A stretch of DNA of 63,534 nucleotides, counting the filler, from Octopus bimaculoides (taxonomy: Eukaryota): the NCBI RefSeq assembly GCF_001194135.2. It is 7 parts of 6 records of this genome, joined end to end, with 100 filler letters (N's around TTAATTAATTAA, not from the genome) between each part and the next. Parts side by side here need not be neighbours in the genome. Positions count along the whole stretch, not along the records: positions 58,016 to 63,534 come from NC_069005.1; 6 more parts are not named here. One strand, given 5' to 3'. Numbering within the stretch: position 1 is the stretch's first letter; each line of letters begins with the position of its first letter. The notes under the pieces were generated by a model, which saw nothing but the letters and a program-made list of their open reading frames with translations, was not told where the DNA came from and made no database searches. Of this stretch, positions 62,240 through 63,534 are shown in pieces. The position numbers and the translations under genes were made by a program.

Positions 62240-62450
62240 TATTGCTCCACAACCTTCTGGTGGTGTAAAGCACTTGTGGTGGTCCCACATAAATGCATCC
62301 AGCACACTCTGCAAAATGGTTGGCGTTATGAAGGGCATCCAGCTGTTGAAACCATGCCAAATCAGACTGGAACCTGGTGCAACTCTCCAGCTGGCCAGCC
62401 CTGGTCAAACTCTCCGGCTTGGACAGCAGACATTAAATGATAATGATGAT
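62240..62450 (+). mobile_element. RTE LINE 3' tail, decayed
   Basis: GGTTGGCGTTATGAAGGGCATCCAGCTGTTGAAACC...GACATTAAATGATAATGATG. Confidence 0.8.
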
Positions 62451-62779
62451 AGACACACACACACACACACACAGTTCCGCTGAAGTTATTCACTGGTTTG
62501 CAGCTATACCAGAGCAGCACCTTCTTCAGTACAGATGATTACATTGGCCACCCACTCCAACACTTATAGACTCATCACTTTTTAAGCGACTTCCAAAGCA
62601 GCAATAGTAGGGGTCTGAATTTGGAACAAAAAGGATCTTAACCAAATACCACAAGGTATTTCATCAATATTCAGACAGCTCAATCACAGAACAACAACAG
62701 CTTGAGTAAATCTATGAGACAGAGAAGTAGCTAAACAAAACGAATTAATCAGAATTCTTGTAAACCATCCCATCTTTAT

Positions 62780-63010
62780 ATGTGGATATGGTCTGGCTAA
62801 ATGGTTGAGAAGTTTGCTTTGCAGTCATGAAGTTCTTGGTTGGTTCTCATTTTACAGCACTTTGAGCAAAAGTCTGTTACCACAGCCTTTGGTTAAGCAC
62901 ACGCTTCAATGTGAAATTAGGTAGATTTATTCTATCGATCTCTTTCTGCTAAACTGCAAAGTTACAAAGGCATGACCAAACCAATACGGGTTGTCAAACA
63001 GTGGTGGAAG
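62780..63010 (+). mobile_element. SINE family A, very old copy
   Basis: ATGGTCTGGCTAAATGGTT head; CTGCTAAACTGCAAAGTTAC...GGTTGTCAAACAGTGGTGG. Confidence 0.5.
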
Positions 63011-63470
63011 GACAAATATCCACACACACACATAAACATATGCATGTGTGCATGTGCATAATTGTCAGTGAGTGTGTGTGTGTGTGTGTGTGTGTATAAG
63101 TCAGTAAATAGTGGGGTTGTGTTAACCGCACGTGGAAAAATAATAGGAAAATGAAAAATAATACTAAGGCAGAATGCTAAACTGAAAACATATTTTAATA
63201 TAGGTTTCTAACCGGCTTTCATTGCATGGCAAATTTTCAAGAAGAGGGAGAATGAAAATGTTTGTTACAAAAAAGTAAAGAATGAAAAAAATAATATATA
63301 AAAAAATAATATATAAAAAAATAAATATACCAATACATTGTATTGTCTTTGAGCTTTTAAAGTTCAATGGTAATCCATTTAGATAATGGTTGGAAAAATA
63401 AGGATGCATGAAAATCGAGAGTTGTGTTAGGTTTAAAAAAAGAGAAAAGGGGCTAAAAGTTTGTGTTAAG

Positions 63471-63520
63471 CAGGAAGTGTGGTGTCAAAACAGGAAGTGT
63501 GGTGTCAAAACAGGAAGTGT
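63471..63520. repeat. 20-bp tandem repeat, 2.5 copies (CAGGAAGTGTGGTGTCAAAA)
   Basis: Seen directly; exact copies. Confidence 0.9.
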
Positions 63521-63534
63521 GTGTAAGGGGAGAC

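Overview
Repeat-dominated eukaryotic DNA from a gapped draft assembly. The SINE/LINE repertoire and dense (TA)n/(CA)n/triplet microsatellites point to an octopus genome (inference). The only well-supported host coding sequence is one very large plus-strand internal exon (54227->=55964, runs into a gap). It is Gly/Ser- and polyQ-rich and ends in GTYPR...SIYDN(V), which recalls DLC/STARD13/crossveinless-c RhoGAPs. The rest is mostly decayed mobile DNA: three tRNA-derived SINE families, CR1 and RTE LINE fragments (the main RTE family has a PHD-like finger inside its RT), several Tc1/mariner relics, a Gypsy pol fragment, two Penelope-like GIY-YIG relics and MITEs. The most unusual signal is a set of minimal type-I hammerhead ribozyme motifs with palindromic stem III, from at least three sequence families, mostly in short elements lodged in (TA)n tracts. 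One copy is nearly canonical and lies in a 440-bp partial tandem unit. One is split by a TSD-flanked MITE at its cleavage site. One foldback appears to be two such element ends joined head-to-head at the ribozyme. All calls were made by eye; no database search was run and TE boundaries are approximate unless TSDs/TIRs are cited.
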